A stretch of DNA of 64,000 nt from an uncultured delta proteobacterium (GTDB lineage: Bacteria; Myxococcota_A; Polyangia; Fen-1088): positions 2,688,001 through 2,752,000 of the forward strand of contig CAVYGB010000008.1 of assembly GCA_963767925.1 (NCBI GenBank), read 5' to 3'. The position numbers were made by a program, and so were the translations under genes. The number at the start of each line of letters is the position of its first letter. Position 1 is the first letter of the stretch. Shown piece after piece: positions 51,715-61,459 of this stretch. The notes below the pieces were generated by a model. The model ran no database searches. It was not told the DNA's origin and saw only the letters and a list, made by a program, of their open reading frames with translations.

Positions 51715-52339
51715 GTGAAGCGGACGCGAACCCTCTCCCGGCCGCTGGTGGCCGTCGCTGGCCTCCTGGTCGCCGGGGTGTTCCTGGGCGTCTACCTGCT
51801 CGGGGGAGACCCCAGCCAGGCCGACCCCGTTACCGCCGACCCCGCGCGCGCCTCCGGAGATCCGGCGGTCGCCCGCCACCGTCCCTTCCGCAACCCACGG
51901 GTGCCCCGGCTGCGGGTCGCGCCGCCGCCGGGCGGAGAAGCCGCTCCCCAGGTCTCGGTCCCCGCCCTGGTGCCACCGGCCTCGGCCGCGACCCGGCTCG
52001 CGCCCCTGCTGTCGCAATACCAGAGCTTCCTCGAGCAGACCGAGCTCGACGCCTCGGCGGGGCGGGAGGTGCGGCGCATCCTCCACCAGGCGCAGGCGTC
52101 GATCCTGCGCGCCGAGGAGCTCGCCGCCCAGAAGCTCGGCCGAGCCGGGCAACCGCCAGGCCCGCCGCCAGCGGGCCCTGCTCGAGGTCGAGCGGGCGCT
52201 ACAGGACAACATCCGCCCCGAGGAGGCCGAGCGGGTGCTCGCCCACAGCTTCGTGCAGGAGCTGCTGGCCGGCAACGAGCCGCTGTTCGAGGTGAACGAC
52301 CGCGGGGTGACGAACCTGCGCGAGGACATCCGCCCATGA
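51715..52339 (+). CDS. membrane-anchored hypothetical protein (frameshift near 52140)
   Basis: N-terminal TM; after the shift the frame reads EPGNRQARRQRALLEVERALQDNIRPEEAERVL...LREDIRP* with TGA at 52337-52339. Confidence 0.6.
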
Positions 52340-52354
52340 GCACCACCCCTGCCC

Positions 52355-53545
52355 TCAGCGGCCCAGCAACTCCTGGCGGGTCTGGGCGAACATCTCGACG
52401 GCGAAGGTGAGGTCGTCGCGGGAGTGGGCCGCCGAGACCTGCACGCGGATGCGGGCCTTTCCGAGGGGGACAACCGGGTAGCTGAACCCGACCGCGTACA
52501 CCCCCCGGTCGAGCAGCCGGTCGGCGAAGCGGGTGGCCAGGCTGGCGTCGCCCAGCATGATGGGCACGATCGGGTGAATCCCCGGCCGGATGTCGAAGCC
52601 CCGGTCGGTCATGGCCTGGCGGAAGAAGCGCGTGTTGTCCGCGAGCGTGTCGCGCAGCTCCCGGCTCTCCGACACAAGCTCGATCGCCCGGATCGAGGCG
52701 GCGGCGATGGGTGGAGCCAGGGTGTTGGAGAACAGATAGGGCCGCGAGCGCTGGCGCAGGGTCTCGACGATCTCCTTGCGCCCGCTGGTGTAGCCGCCGC
52801 TGGCGCCCCCCAGGGCCTTGCCCAGCGTGCCGGTCAAGAGGTCGACCCGCGCGCTGACGCCGTGGTGCTCGGGCGTGCCCCGACCAGTCGGGCCCACGAA
52901 GCCGACGGCGTGAGAGTCGTCGACCATCAGCAGGGCGTCGTGGCGGTCGGCGAGATCGCAGATGCCGGGCAGGTCGGCCAGGTCGCCGTCCATCGAGAAC
53001 ACGCCGTCGGTGGCGATCATGCGGAAGCGGGCGTCGGCGCTCTCCTTCAGCTTCTGCTCGAGGTCGGCCAGGTCGGAGTGGCGGTAGCGCAGGCGGCGCG
53101 CCTTGCACAGGCGGACGCCGTCGATGATGCTGGCGTGGTTGAGCTCGTCGGAGATGAGGGCGTCTTCGGCCCCCAGCAAAGTCTCGAACAGCCCCGTGTT
53201 GGCGTCGAAGCAGGAGCCGTAGAGGATGGTGTCCTCGGTCCCAAGGAAGGCGCTGAGGCGACCTTCCAGCTCCTTGTGCACGCCCTGGGTGCCGCAGATG
53301 AACCGGACCGACGACAGGCCGTACCCCCAGCGGGCCAGCCCCTCGGCCGCCGCCCGGGCCAGGGCCGGGTGCTGGGCCAGCCCCAGATAGTTGTTGGCGC
53401 ACATGACGAGCACGGGAGGCGACCCCTCCCCCAGCCGCACCCGGGTGCCCTGGGGCGTGTCGATGGTCCGTTCGTTCTTGTAGACCCCCTCGCCGCGCAT
53501 GCGCGCGAGCTCGGCGGTGAGCGTCTCCTTGATTCGACCGTACAC
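52355..53545 (-). CDS. kbl: 2-amino-3-ketobutyrate CoA ligase (glycine C-acetyltransferase)
   Basis: [42 protein letters not shown] and RSRPYLFSN motifs. Confidence 0.96.
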   Translation of the reverse strand: MYGRIKETLTAELARMRGEGVYKNERTIDTPQGTRVRLGEGSPPVLVMCANNYLGLAQHPALARAAAEGLARWGYGLSSVRFICGTQGVHKELEGRLSAFLGTEDTILYGSCFDANTGLFETLLGAEDALISDELNHASIIDGVRLCKARRLRYRHSDLADLEQKLKESADARFRMIATDGVFSMDGDLADLPGICDLADRHDALLMVDDSHAVGFVGPTGRGTPEHHGVSARVDLLTGTLGKALGGASGGYTSGRKEIVETLRQRSRPYLFSNTLAPPIAAASIRAIELVSESRELRDTLADNTRFFRQAMTDRGFDIRPGIHPIVPIMLGDASLATRFADRLLDRGVYAVGFSYPVVPLGKARIRVQVSAAHSRDDLTFAVEMFAQTRQELLGR

Positions 53546-53594
53546 CGCGGCTCCTTTCTTCCTGGGCCCGCAGCGGAGGCGGGCCCGGGCCGGC

Positions 53595-54623
53595 TCAGAC
53601 CATCCAGTCGAGCACCACCCGCCCCGACTTGCCCGCCAGCATCGCTTCGAACCCGAGGTTGAAGTCGGTGTAGGGCATGCGGTGGGTGATGACCGGCTTG
53701 ATGTCCAGGCCACACTCCAGCATCACGTTCATCTTGTACCAGGTTTCGTACATCTCCCGGCCGTAGATCCCCTTGATGGTCAACATCGAGAAGATCACCG
53801 TGTTCCAGTCGATGGCCATCTCCCCCTCGGGGATGCCCAGCATGGCGATCTTGCCCCCGTGGGCCATGTTGGCCAGCATGTCGCGGAAGCCGCTGGGGTT
53901 GCCCGACATCTCGAGCCCCACGTCGAACCCCTCGTGCATCTTCAGCTCGCGCTGGACGTCCTTGAGGCTCTGCTTCTGGGGATCGACGGCCCTCGTGACG
54001 CCCACCTTGCGGGCCAGCTCGAGCCGGTAGGCGTTGACGTCGGTGATGACGACGTGGCGGGCGCCGGCGTGGCGGGCGACCGCCGCCGCCATGATCCCGA
54101 TGGGGCCCGCGCCGGTGATCAACACGTCCTCACCGAGCAGGGGGAACGACAGCGCCGTGTGCACGGCGTTGCCGAACGGATCGAAGATGGCGGCCACGTC
54201 CTTGTCGATGCCGGGCGGGTGGACCCAGACGTTGGTCATCGGGAGCGCCAGGTACTCCGCGAAGGCCCCGGGGCGGTCGACGCCGATCCCCTTGGTGCCG
54301 GCGCACAGGTGGCGGCGGCCGGCCAGGCAGTTGCGGCAGCGGCCACAGACCACGTGGCCCTCGCCGCTCACGATCTGCCCGGGCACGAAGTCCACGACGT
54401 TGGTGCCGACCTCGACGATCTCGCCGACGAACTCGTGACCCACCACCATGGGGACCGGGATGGTCTTCCGGGCCCAGCTGTCCCAGCGGAAGATGTGGAC
54501 GTCGGTGCCGCAGATGCCGGTCCGGTGCACCCGGATCAGCACGTCGTTGATCCCCGGCTTCGGGGCGGGCACGTCCTCGAGCCACAACCCGGGCTCTGCC
54601 CGGCTCTTTACCAGTGCTTTCAC
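53595..54623 (-). CDS. tdh: L-threonine 3-dehydrogenase
   Basis: [37 protein letters not shown] and [11 protein letters not shown]; adjacent to kbl. Confidence 0.96.
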   Translation of the reverse strand: MKALVKSRAEPGLWLEDVPAPKPGINDVLIRVHRTGICGTDVHIFRWDSWARKTIPVPMVVGHEFVGEIVEVGTNVVDFVPGQIVSGEGHVVCGRCRNCLAGRRHLCAGTKGIGVDRPGAFAEYLALPMTNVWVHPPGIDKDVAAIFDPFGNAVHTALSFPLLGEDVLITGAGPIGIMAAAVARHAGARHVVITDVNAYRLELARKVGVTRAVDPQKQSLKDVQRELKMHEGFDVGLEMSGNPSGFRDMLANMAHGGKIAMLGIPEGEMAIDWNTVIFSMLTIKGIYGREMYETWYKMNVMLECGLDIKPVITHRMPYTDFNLGFEAMLAGKSGRVVLDWMV

Positions 54624-54952
54624 CTGACTCCCCCTTCTTCCTGGTGGTCTTGCTGGGTCCCGCTGCTTGCTCACCCTGGGGTCCCCTACCTCATCGGCGG
54701 GGTTGAGGTTGTACGCGAATTGTGGACCGAAGTTCCGACAAAAGCGCCCCCCGGCCGCGCCGTGCCGCCGCGGGGGGGCGCCCGGAATGCCTTCAGGTTT
54801 CGCCAGCATGGGCGACCGGCGGCGCCCGGGCGGGCGCCTGCGACGCGATGTTTCCGGCATCGGGGCTCGCCGCTATTGAACTTTGGTCAATGCGCGCGCA
54901 GAATCGCCGCCAGGTAAACGACGTGGATCGCCGGCTGACCTGGGAGGAACCG

Positions 54953-56060
54953 ATGCGCACTATCAGACTCGACCGCAGAGCAGGCACAGCGTTCTTGTTC
55001 GGCGCCGCTCTGGCGCTCTCTGGCTGCGGCTCGGCCGCCAACTCGGAGACTCCGGGCGGCGGGGGGGCCGGCGGCGCGCCGGCCGGCAGCGCGGGCAGCG
55101 GTGGATCCGCCCCCGCCCCCACCGCGGGCGCTCCCGCGGCCGGCAGCCCCGGCTCCGAGGGCAGCGGCGGCTCCGCGGGCTCCGCCGGCAGCCCGGCGCG
55201 GATGGACGCCGCCGTCCGGGGGCCCGACAGCGGCGCTGCCCCCGACGCGGCCGTTGCGCCCGGCGGCTGTCCGACCCGGCCCAACCTCACCCTGGCGGTC
55301 CACATCGTCATGAACGCCACCTGGCCGGGCACCACCTCCGCCGCCACCGGCACCGACAAGATCCACGTCTGGAACCTCACCAAGGTCAACGTGACCGGCA
55401 ACGAGCTGGCCGGTAACCAGACCCGCTCCTGCGGCACGGTGTTGCCCCCCTTCTCGCTGACCGCGGGCGGCCGGCTCGTCACCGGCGGCGAACGCGTCCA
55501 GATCGAGATCCCGTTTTCGATCTGGGAGGCGCCAACCGTACCCCGGCTGAACAGCCGGGGACGCCTGGGGGGCTGGAACCCCGGCAGCAGCTTCGCCATC
55601 GACGGGACGGTGGCCCTGATCGGGCTCACGATGGACGACCCCATGGCGGCCTGGCCCGCCTCGTACACCGGCATCCAGGCGGTGGACGCCGACGGCGACG
55701 GCAAGCCGGGCTTCACCGCGGTCCCCCGCTCGGGCGGCGGCTTCGTGCAGCCCCCCACCGGCCTGGGGCTGTTCGGCTCGGCCCCCTCGGCCGATCAGGT
55801 CTACATCGCCTCCCGATCGGTGATCGGCCTCGACGGCACGGTTCACCTCTTGCAGCGACATTTCGGGCGAGGCCCGGGTCGTCACCTTCGACAGCCACGC
55901 GGTCGGCTGCCATGTCCGCAACGGCGGCGAGTGCAGCGCCAACCAGACCGACTTCGTCGACCAGAACCGCACCATCTACCGGATCACCGGCGGGACCTTC
56001 ACCGCCAAGCAAGTCCCGGACGACGCCTCCTGCGCCGACGTCCGGACCGCCGTGCCTTGA
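54953..56060 (+). CDS. lipoprotein with a Gly-rich linker and Cys-containing domain (frameshift near 55848)
   Basis: Lipobox LSGC; GGAGG linker; DADGDGKPG Ca-binding-like motif; C-terminal frame ...SCSDISGEARV...DASCADVRTAVP*. Confidence 0.7.
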
Positions 56061-56085
56061 TCACCCCGAAAGGAACCACCTCCCG

Positions 56086-57861
56086 ATGACCAGCCCAGCC
56101 CGGGGCGGCAGCTTCCTCGTCGAGGACTGCGCGCCCGAGGACGTCTTCACGCCCGAGGACCTCAGCGAGGAGCAGCGCCTCATCGGCGAGTCCTGCGCCC
56201 GGTGGATGCAGCAGGACGTCTTGCCCCGTCTGCCCCGGATGCTGGCCCTGGACTACGAGGTCATCCGGGCGGCCCTGCGCAAGGCCGGCGAGCAGGGCCT
56301 GCTCGGGATCGAGATCCCCGTCGCCTACGGGGGTCTCGGCCTCGACAAGGTCACCGCCACCGTCGCCGGCGAGCAGGTGTCGCGCGACGCCAGCATGGCC
56401 ACGACCTTCATGGCCCACACCGGCATCGGCACCTTGCCGATCGTCTATTTCGGCAGCGAGGCCCAGAAGCGCAAGTACCTGCCCAAGCTGGCCAGCGGCG
56501 AGTGGATCTCCTCCTACTCGCTGTCGGAGGCGGCCTCCGCCTCCGACGCCCTCAACGCCAAGACCCGGGCGGTGCTCTCGGCCGACGGCAAGAGCTGGGT
56601 CCTCAACGGCGAGAAGATGTGGCTCACAAACTCCGGCTTCGCCGACCTCTACATCATCTTCGCCAAGGTCGACGGCAAGGACTTCTCCGCCTTCATCATC
56701 GAGAAGGGGACCCCGGGGGTGAGCCTGGGGGCGGAGGAGCACAAGCTGGGCATCAAGGGGTCCTCCACCCGGCCCCTCATCCTGGCCGACGCGGTCATCC
56801 CGCGGGAGAACCTGCTCGGCGAGATCGGCAAGGGCCACAAGATCGCCTTCAATGTCCTCAACCTGGGCCGCTTCAAGCTGGGGGCGGGCGTGACCGGGGG
56901 GGCCAAGCTGGTCATCGCCGAGGCGGTCGAATACGCCCGCAACCGCACCGCCTTCGGCAAGCCGATCACCGACTTCGGCCTCATCCGCCACAAGATCGGG
57001 GAGATGGCCATCCTGGCCTACGTGGCCGAGTCCCTGATCTACCGGATCGCCGGCAACATCGACCGCAACCTGGCCGACCTCGATCCCGAGGACACCACCG
57101 GCCAGCTCAAGCGGATCGAGGAGTACGACGTCGAGTGCTCGATGGCCAAGGTCTGGTGCTCCGAGGTGCTCGACTACGTTGTCGACGAGAACGTGCAGAT
57201 CTTCGGGGGCGCCGGCTTCGTCGAGGACTACCCCGCCGAGCGCCACTACCGGGACGCCCGCATCAACCGCATCTACGAGGGGACCAACGAGATCAACCGC
57301 CTGCTGGTGCCGGGGCGGCTGCTCCGCCGGGCCCTCAAGCAGGAGCTGCCGATCTTCGAGAAGGCGATGGCCCTGATGAGCGAGCTGTCCCCCGACGGCG
57401 GGGTGCGGCGCGAGAGCCCCGCCGGGTTCCTGGCGGCCGAGTCCGAGATGGCGGCCGGCGCCAAGAAGGCGGCCCTCATGTGCATCGGGCTGGCCGCCCA
57501 GAAGTACGGCGAGGCGCTCTCCCACGAGCAGGAGATCCTCGGGCACTTCGCCGACATCGCCATGGAGACCTACGCCCTCGAGAGCGCCCTGTTGCGGACG
57601 CGCAAACGGGCGGTTGCCAGGGGGGAAGACCAGACCCGGATCCAGGAGGCGGCCGTGCGCTGCTTCGCCCAGGATGCCCTCGATCGCGTGGAGACCTCGG
57701 CCCGCCGCCTGCTGTCCGCCCTGGCCGAGGGGGAGCCTCTGCGCGGGTACCTGGGAGCGCTCCAGCGCTTCACCCGCCGGGACCCGGCCAACACGGTGGC
57801 GCTGCGGCGCCAGGTGGCGAGCGCGGCCATCGAGGCCGGAAGGTATCCCCTGTCCGATTGA
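56086..57861 (+). CDS. acyl-CoA dehydrogenase (long C-terminal type)
   Basis: AHTGIG, YSLSEA, NGEKMWLTN, KLGIKGSST, QIFGGAGF and RIYEGTNEIN motifs. Confidence 0.95.
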   Translation: MTSPARGGSFLVEDCAPEDVFTPEDLSEEQRLIGESCARWMQQDVLPRLPRMLALDYEVIRAALRKAGEQGLLGIEIPVAYGGLGLDKVTATVAGEQVSRDASMATTFMAHTGIGTLPIVYFGSEAQKRKYLPKLASGEWISSYSLSEAASASDALNAKTRAVLSADGKSWVLNGEKMWLTNSGFADLYIIFAKVDGKDFSAFIIEKGTPGVSLGAEEHKLGIKGSSTRPLILADAVIPRENLLGEIGKGHKIAFNVLNLGRFKLGAGVTGGAKLVIAEAVEYARNRTAFGKPITDFGLIRHKIGEMAILAYVAESLIYRIAGNIDRNLADLDPEDTTGQLKRIEEYDVECSMAKVWCSEVLDYVVDENVQIFGGAGFVEDYPAERHYRDARINRIYEGTNEINRLLVPGRLLRRALKQELPIFEKAMALMSELSPDGGVRRESPAGFLAAESEMAAGAKKAALMCIGLAAQKYGEALSHEQEILGHFADIAMETYALESALLRTRKRAVARGEDQTRIQEAAVRCFAQDALDRVETSARRLLSALAEGEPLRGYLGALQRFTRRDPANTVALRRQVASAAIEAGRYPLSD

Positions 57862-57866
57862 GCGCG

Positions 57867-57893
57867 GGAACCTTCCCGGAGGGCGGTCGTGTA
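57867..57893 (+). promoter_or_regulatory. ECF-type promoter of the TonB-dependent receptor gene
   Basis: GGAAC-cttcccggagggcggt(16)-CGTGTA, upstream of the GAAAGGA RBS and the ATG at 57957. Confidence 0.68.
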
Positions 57894-57956
57894 ACCGGGC
57901 GGGTGTTTTCTAGGGTACCCTCCCTGGGTCTCGTGCCCCCGGAAAGGACCGCCCGC

Positions 57957-60701
57957 ATGGCGTGGACCGCGCGTTCGATGGTGGGAGTAGCGATGCTGCT
58001 GGCGCCGCTCGCGATGGGAATCCCCCGCGCTGCCGCGCAGAGCGGACAGAACGGGTCGATCCTCGGTTACGTGATGGACCAGAGCGGCACGCCCCTCAAG
58101 GGCGTCCGCGTGCTGGCCGGCTCGGCCACCCAGATCGGCGGCACCCGGACGGTCTACACCAACGAGGAGGGCGCCTTCCGCTTCCTGGCCTTGCAGCCGG
58201 GGCGCTTCGAGGTGCGGGCCTCCGCCCCCCGGCTCAAGACCGTGCTGCTCAAGGACGTCCGGGTGGGCATCGGCGCGCCGGCCGAGGTCAACCTGGTGAT
58301 GGAGGTCGAGACCGCGGCCGAGGAGGTGCAGGTCGTCGAGCGGGCCCCCCTCATCAGCACCAGCTCGGCCAGCGTCAAGGAGGTGTTCGACCTCGAAATG
58401 GTCGAGAGCCTGCCTCACGGCAGCCGCGACAGCGTGCACTCGCAGGTGGTCAACGACGTGGCCGGGGGCATCAACGGACGCATCCGGGGCGGGGCCAGCA
58501 ACCAGACCATCTACACCCAGGACGGCTTCGACATCCGGGGGCAGGTGCCGACCCTCAAGGCCTCCGCGGCCTACGAGGTCAACACGGGCGGCTACGGGGT
58601 CGACAACCCCATGGCTTCGGGCGGGTCGATCAACATGGTGACGAAGTCCGGCTCGAACCGCTTCGAGCTCGAGCTCAACGCCACCGCCGACAGCAACCGG
58701 ATGCGCTTCTTCACCGACGGCACCGACGCGGCCGCCCCTACCTACCTCTACTTCCTCAACCCGCTCATCTCGGGGCCCATCATCAAGGACAAGCTCTGGT
58801 TCCACTTCAACACCGAGGTGTATTTCCAGCAGAACGGCCGGGACCCCGACGTCGAGGGCTATCTGCCCGACCCGGCCACCTACCGCAAGTGGGTCCCCAA
58901 GGGCACCCTCAAGGTCACCTGGCAGGTCAGCCCCCGCAACAAGCTGCAGAGCCTCACCAACTTCGACTTCCCCAACGAGTGGAACCGGCGGGGCGAGCTG
59001 GGGGTCGACGCCCTGGCCCAGGAGAGCCGCCGGGGCCAGCGCGTGTTCCAGGGGCTGATCTGGGAGTCGCTGCTGAAGGACGACGTCATCCTCCGCAGCC
59101 AGATCGGCTTCACCTCGGTCCCCATGCACATCTACCCGGCCCGCTGTGACGACGAGCCGGTGGCCTGCGACCACACCCCGGCGGTCATCCAGCGCTTTCC
59201 CAAGCGGCAAGATCTGCAGAACAACAGCAACCACCAGCGCGACGACCTCTACGCCCTGCAGTTCCAGAACCGGATCGACTGGCTGCTGTCGAGCCGGCGC
59301 TTCGGCGAGCACGCCCTGCAGCTCAAGGACAACTTCTACAGCGAGCAGGACATCCGGCGGGTCTCCCGCCCCGGTGACGCCATCATCGAGCTCAACGGAT
59401 CGGTCCCCGACGCCCGAACGACCTACTACTCCAACGATCCCCGCCTCGAGCCCGAGCGCTTCGGCTGGAACGTCACCAGCACGACCATCGCCCGCCACTT
59501 CGCCACCCTGAGCGACTCCTGGCGCCCCAGCCGCTTCCTCACCGTGACGCCCGCCCTGTCGCACGTCTGGGCCACCGGCTCGAACAGCGCCGGCGACCAT
59601 CTGGTCGCCCAGAACACCTTCGCCCCGGCGGCGGCGCTGGCCTGGGACGCCACCCACGACGGGCGCACCGTGGTGCGGGCCAGCTACAACCACTACGTCG
59701 ACCTCGACGTGGGCGCCCTCTCTCGCCACACGGTGGGGGGCCTCACCCAGATGCGCTGCCGCTGGAACGAGGCGACCCAGGCCTTCGACGGGGCCTGCGA
59801 ATACAGCGGCGGCGCCAGCCGCAACACCTTCGGGCTGGCCTGCGGGCCCACCGGGTTCGACGCCCAGGGGCTGCCCTGCCGGGAGGCGCTGAAGATCCCC
59901 CGCACCATCGAATACACCGCGGGGGCGGAGCGGGAGATCGTCGATGGGGTGGCGCTGGGCCTGGACCTGTTTTACCGGACCTTCCGCCACCTCTACGAGA
60001 CGCAGGAGACCAACCGGGTCTGGTCGAGCACCGGCGCCGGCCTGGTGCCCACCGGCGGCTACCGCAACGGCCGGCGCGAGACCATCAGCGACCTCGGCAC
60101 GCCGGCGGCCGCCCGGCGCCTCTACCGGGGCGCCACGCTCGGGCTGACCAAGCGCGAAGGGCGCCTCAAGATGAAGGCCTCCTACACGCTGTCGAAGCTC
60201 GAGGGCAGCGTCCTCGACGGCACCAACAACGCCTGGGGCGACATCGCCCCCCGCGACGTCTTCCTCTACGGGGACCTGGCCGACGATCACCGGCACGAGC
60301 TCAAGGCCAGCACCACCTATCAGATCTCCCCCTGGCTGTCGGCCGGCCTCCGTTACCGCTATTACTCTGGCCGCCCTTACAACCGCCTGTACCGCAACGA
60401 CGTCACCGGCGCCTTCGACCTCTACCGAGCGCGGGTGGGGGTCAACCCCGGCACCAACATCAACGATCCCGGGGACGATCGCGCCCTCCGCTACCCCGAT
60501 CTGCAGGACGTCAACGTGCAACTCCGGGCCAGCCTGCTCCCCTTGATCGGGCAGCGGCTCGACCTCTACGTCGACGTGCTGAACGTGCTGGGCCTCCGCA
60601 CCACCACCCTGGTGGGGCAGGAGGACGGACGCGACTTCGATGTGGTGCGGGGCCGGCTCGAGCCCTTCCGGATCCGGCTGGGCCTCAATTACCGCTATTG
60701 A
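57957..60701 (+). CDS. Oar-like TonB-dependent receptor with an N-terminal carboxypeptidase-regulatory-like domain
   Basis: Signal peptide, GSILGYVMDQSG, GGSINMVTKSGSN (plug end), GPIIKDKLWF and terminal RLGLNYRY. Confidence 0.92.
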   Translation: MAWTARSMVGVAMLLAPLAMGIPRAAAQSGQNGSILGYVMDQSGTPLKGVRVLAGSATQIGGTRTVYTNEEGAFRFLALQPGRFEVRASAPRLKTVLLKDVRVGIGAPAEVNLVMEVETAAEEVQVVERAPLISTSSASVKEVFDLEMVESLPHGSRDSVHSQVVNDVAGGINGRIRGGASNQTIYTQDGFDIRGQVPTLKASAAYEVNTGGYGVDNPMASGGSINMVTKSGSNRFELELNATADSNRMRFFTDGTDAAAPTYLYFLNPLISGPIIKDKLWFHFNTEVYFQQNGRDPDVEGYLPDPATYRKWVPKGTLKVTWQVSPRNKLQSLTNFDFPNEWNRRGELGVDALAQESRRGQRVFQGLIWESLLKDDVILRSQIGFTSVPMHIYPARCDDEPVACDHTPAVIQRFPKRQDLQNNSNHQRDDLYALQFQNRIDWLLSSRRFGEHALQLKDNFYSEQDIRRVSRPGDAIIELNGSVPDARTTYYSNDPRLEPERFGWNVTSTTIARHFATLSDSWRPSRFLTVTPALSHVWATGSNSAGDHLVAQNTFAPAAALAWDATHDGRTVVRASYNHYVDLDVGALSRHTVGGLTQMRCRWNEATQAFDGACEYSGGASRNTFGLACGPTGFDAQGLPCREALKIPRTIEYTAGAEREIVDGVALGLDLFYRTFRHLYETQETNRVWSSTGAGLVPTGGYRNGRRETISDLGTPAAARRLYRGATLGLTKREGRLKMKASYTLSKLEGSVLDGTNNAWGDIAPRDVFLYGDLADDHRHELKASTTYQISPWLSAGLRYRYYSGRPYNRLYRNDVTGAFDLYRARVGVNPGTNINDPGDDRALRYPDLQDVNVQLRASLLPLIGQRLDLYVDVLNVLGLRTTTLVGQEDGRDFDVVRGRLEPFRIRLGLNYRY

Positions 60702-60776
60702 CTACTCGTCGAATAGTGGCGAGAACCGCTCCTCGGCGGTGACCCGTTCGGTGAGCGACAGGTGGAGCGAGGCGCG

Positions 60777-60803
60777 GGAACAAAACCCAGGTGGCGGCGT
60801 AAA
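60777..60803 (+). promoter_or_regulatory. fourth ECF-type promoter
   Basis: GGAAC-aaaacccaggtggcgg(16)-CGTAAA, ending 16 nt before the ATG at 60820. Confidence 0.6.
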
Positions 60804-60819
60804 ACGGACAAAGGTTCAC

Positions 60820-61161
60820 ATGGCCGCCAATCCGCCGGAGCTGGACGACGTCACTCTACGCTTGGGCGACGCTCTTGCGCGGAGAATGCCACGCGGGTAT
60901 GCGACGTAGCAGGACCAGCTTCGGCGCGCGCTGTTGTCGGCATACCTGGGCATCGCCGAGGCATCCAGCCGAACGGGCGCCGACAGGATCTCACGGTTCC
61001 GCACCGCCAGAGGCGAAGCGTCCGAGGCGGCAGCCGCCTTGGAGGCGGTTGCAATCCTGGGACTTGCTCCCGATACCGAGATCGAAGCGGTGATGTCTCT
61101 GCTCGACCGGCTGTGCGCGATGCTCACTCGGCTCGCCGGCATGCACCGCCACCAACCCTGA
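60820..61161 (+). pseudogene. four-helix-bundle (23S-IVP-like) protein gene with an in-frame TAG and a foreign ECF-like N-terminus
   Basis: A single frame reads MAANPPELDDVTLRLGDALARRMPRGYAT*QDQLRRALLSAYLGIAEA...RFRTARGEASEAAAALE...LDRLCAMLTRL; TAG at 60907-60909. Confidence 0.78.
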
Positions 61162-61175
61162 TGACTGCCGCGGCT

Positions 61176-61354
61176 GTCGTGGTCGTGCTCGTGTGCGAGC
61201 GCGTGTTCGAGTTCGTGTCCGTGTGTGGTGAGCGTGTTCGGCCCGCGGGCCTCGGCTCGCGTGATTTACGCGCACCGAGAGCCGCCTGGCCGCTCAACGC
61301 TCGCCCCACACGAACTCGAACACGAACAAGCGCTCGACCACGCCCACGAGCACG
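61176..61354. repeat. nested inverted repeats built from CGTG/CACG-rich hexamer units
   Basis: CGTGTTCGAGTTCGTGT (61202-61218) is the exact reverse complement of 61308-61324; CGTGCTCGTG (61184-61193) pairs with 61345-61354. Confidence 0.8.
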
Positions 61355-61459
61355 CGTCCCGGCCTCGATACCTCGTTTCGCCCATCGGCGCAAATTCTCC
61401 ACAGGTTTCAGCGGCTGGCTCTTAGTCGGGTCGGGGACGGGGACGGGGCCTCTGTGGTG

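Noticed and set aside
54877..54905. Fifth ECF promoter upstream of the 54953 lipoprotein (TGAACTTT...)
   Set aside because: There is no CGT at the 16-17 nt spacing, so it does not match the motif.
60907..60909. Amber recoding (pyrrolysine or alternative genetic code) in the four-helix-bundle gene
   Set aside because: TAG is a normal stop for tal, mglB, lon and the porin. No pyl genes are seen, and a single TTG>TAG change in a decayed gene explains it.
60820..61354. Diversity-generating retroelement (Avd-like gene plus hairpin)
   Set aside because: No reverse transcriptase and no template/variable repeat pair are visible in the window.
61176..61354. CRISPR array
   Set aside because: The repeats are inverted and degenerate, with no regular repeat-spacer period and no cas genes.
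61395..61403. DnaA-box-like TTCTCCACA
   Set aside because: A single mismatched copy with no cluster, AT-rich unwinding element or dnaA/dnaN context.
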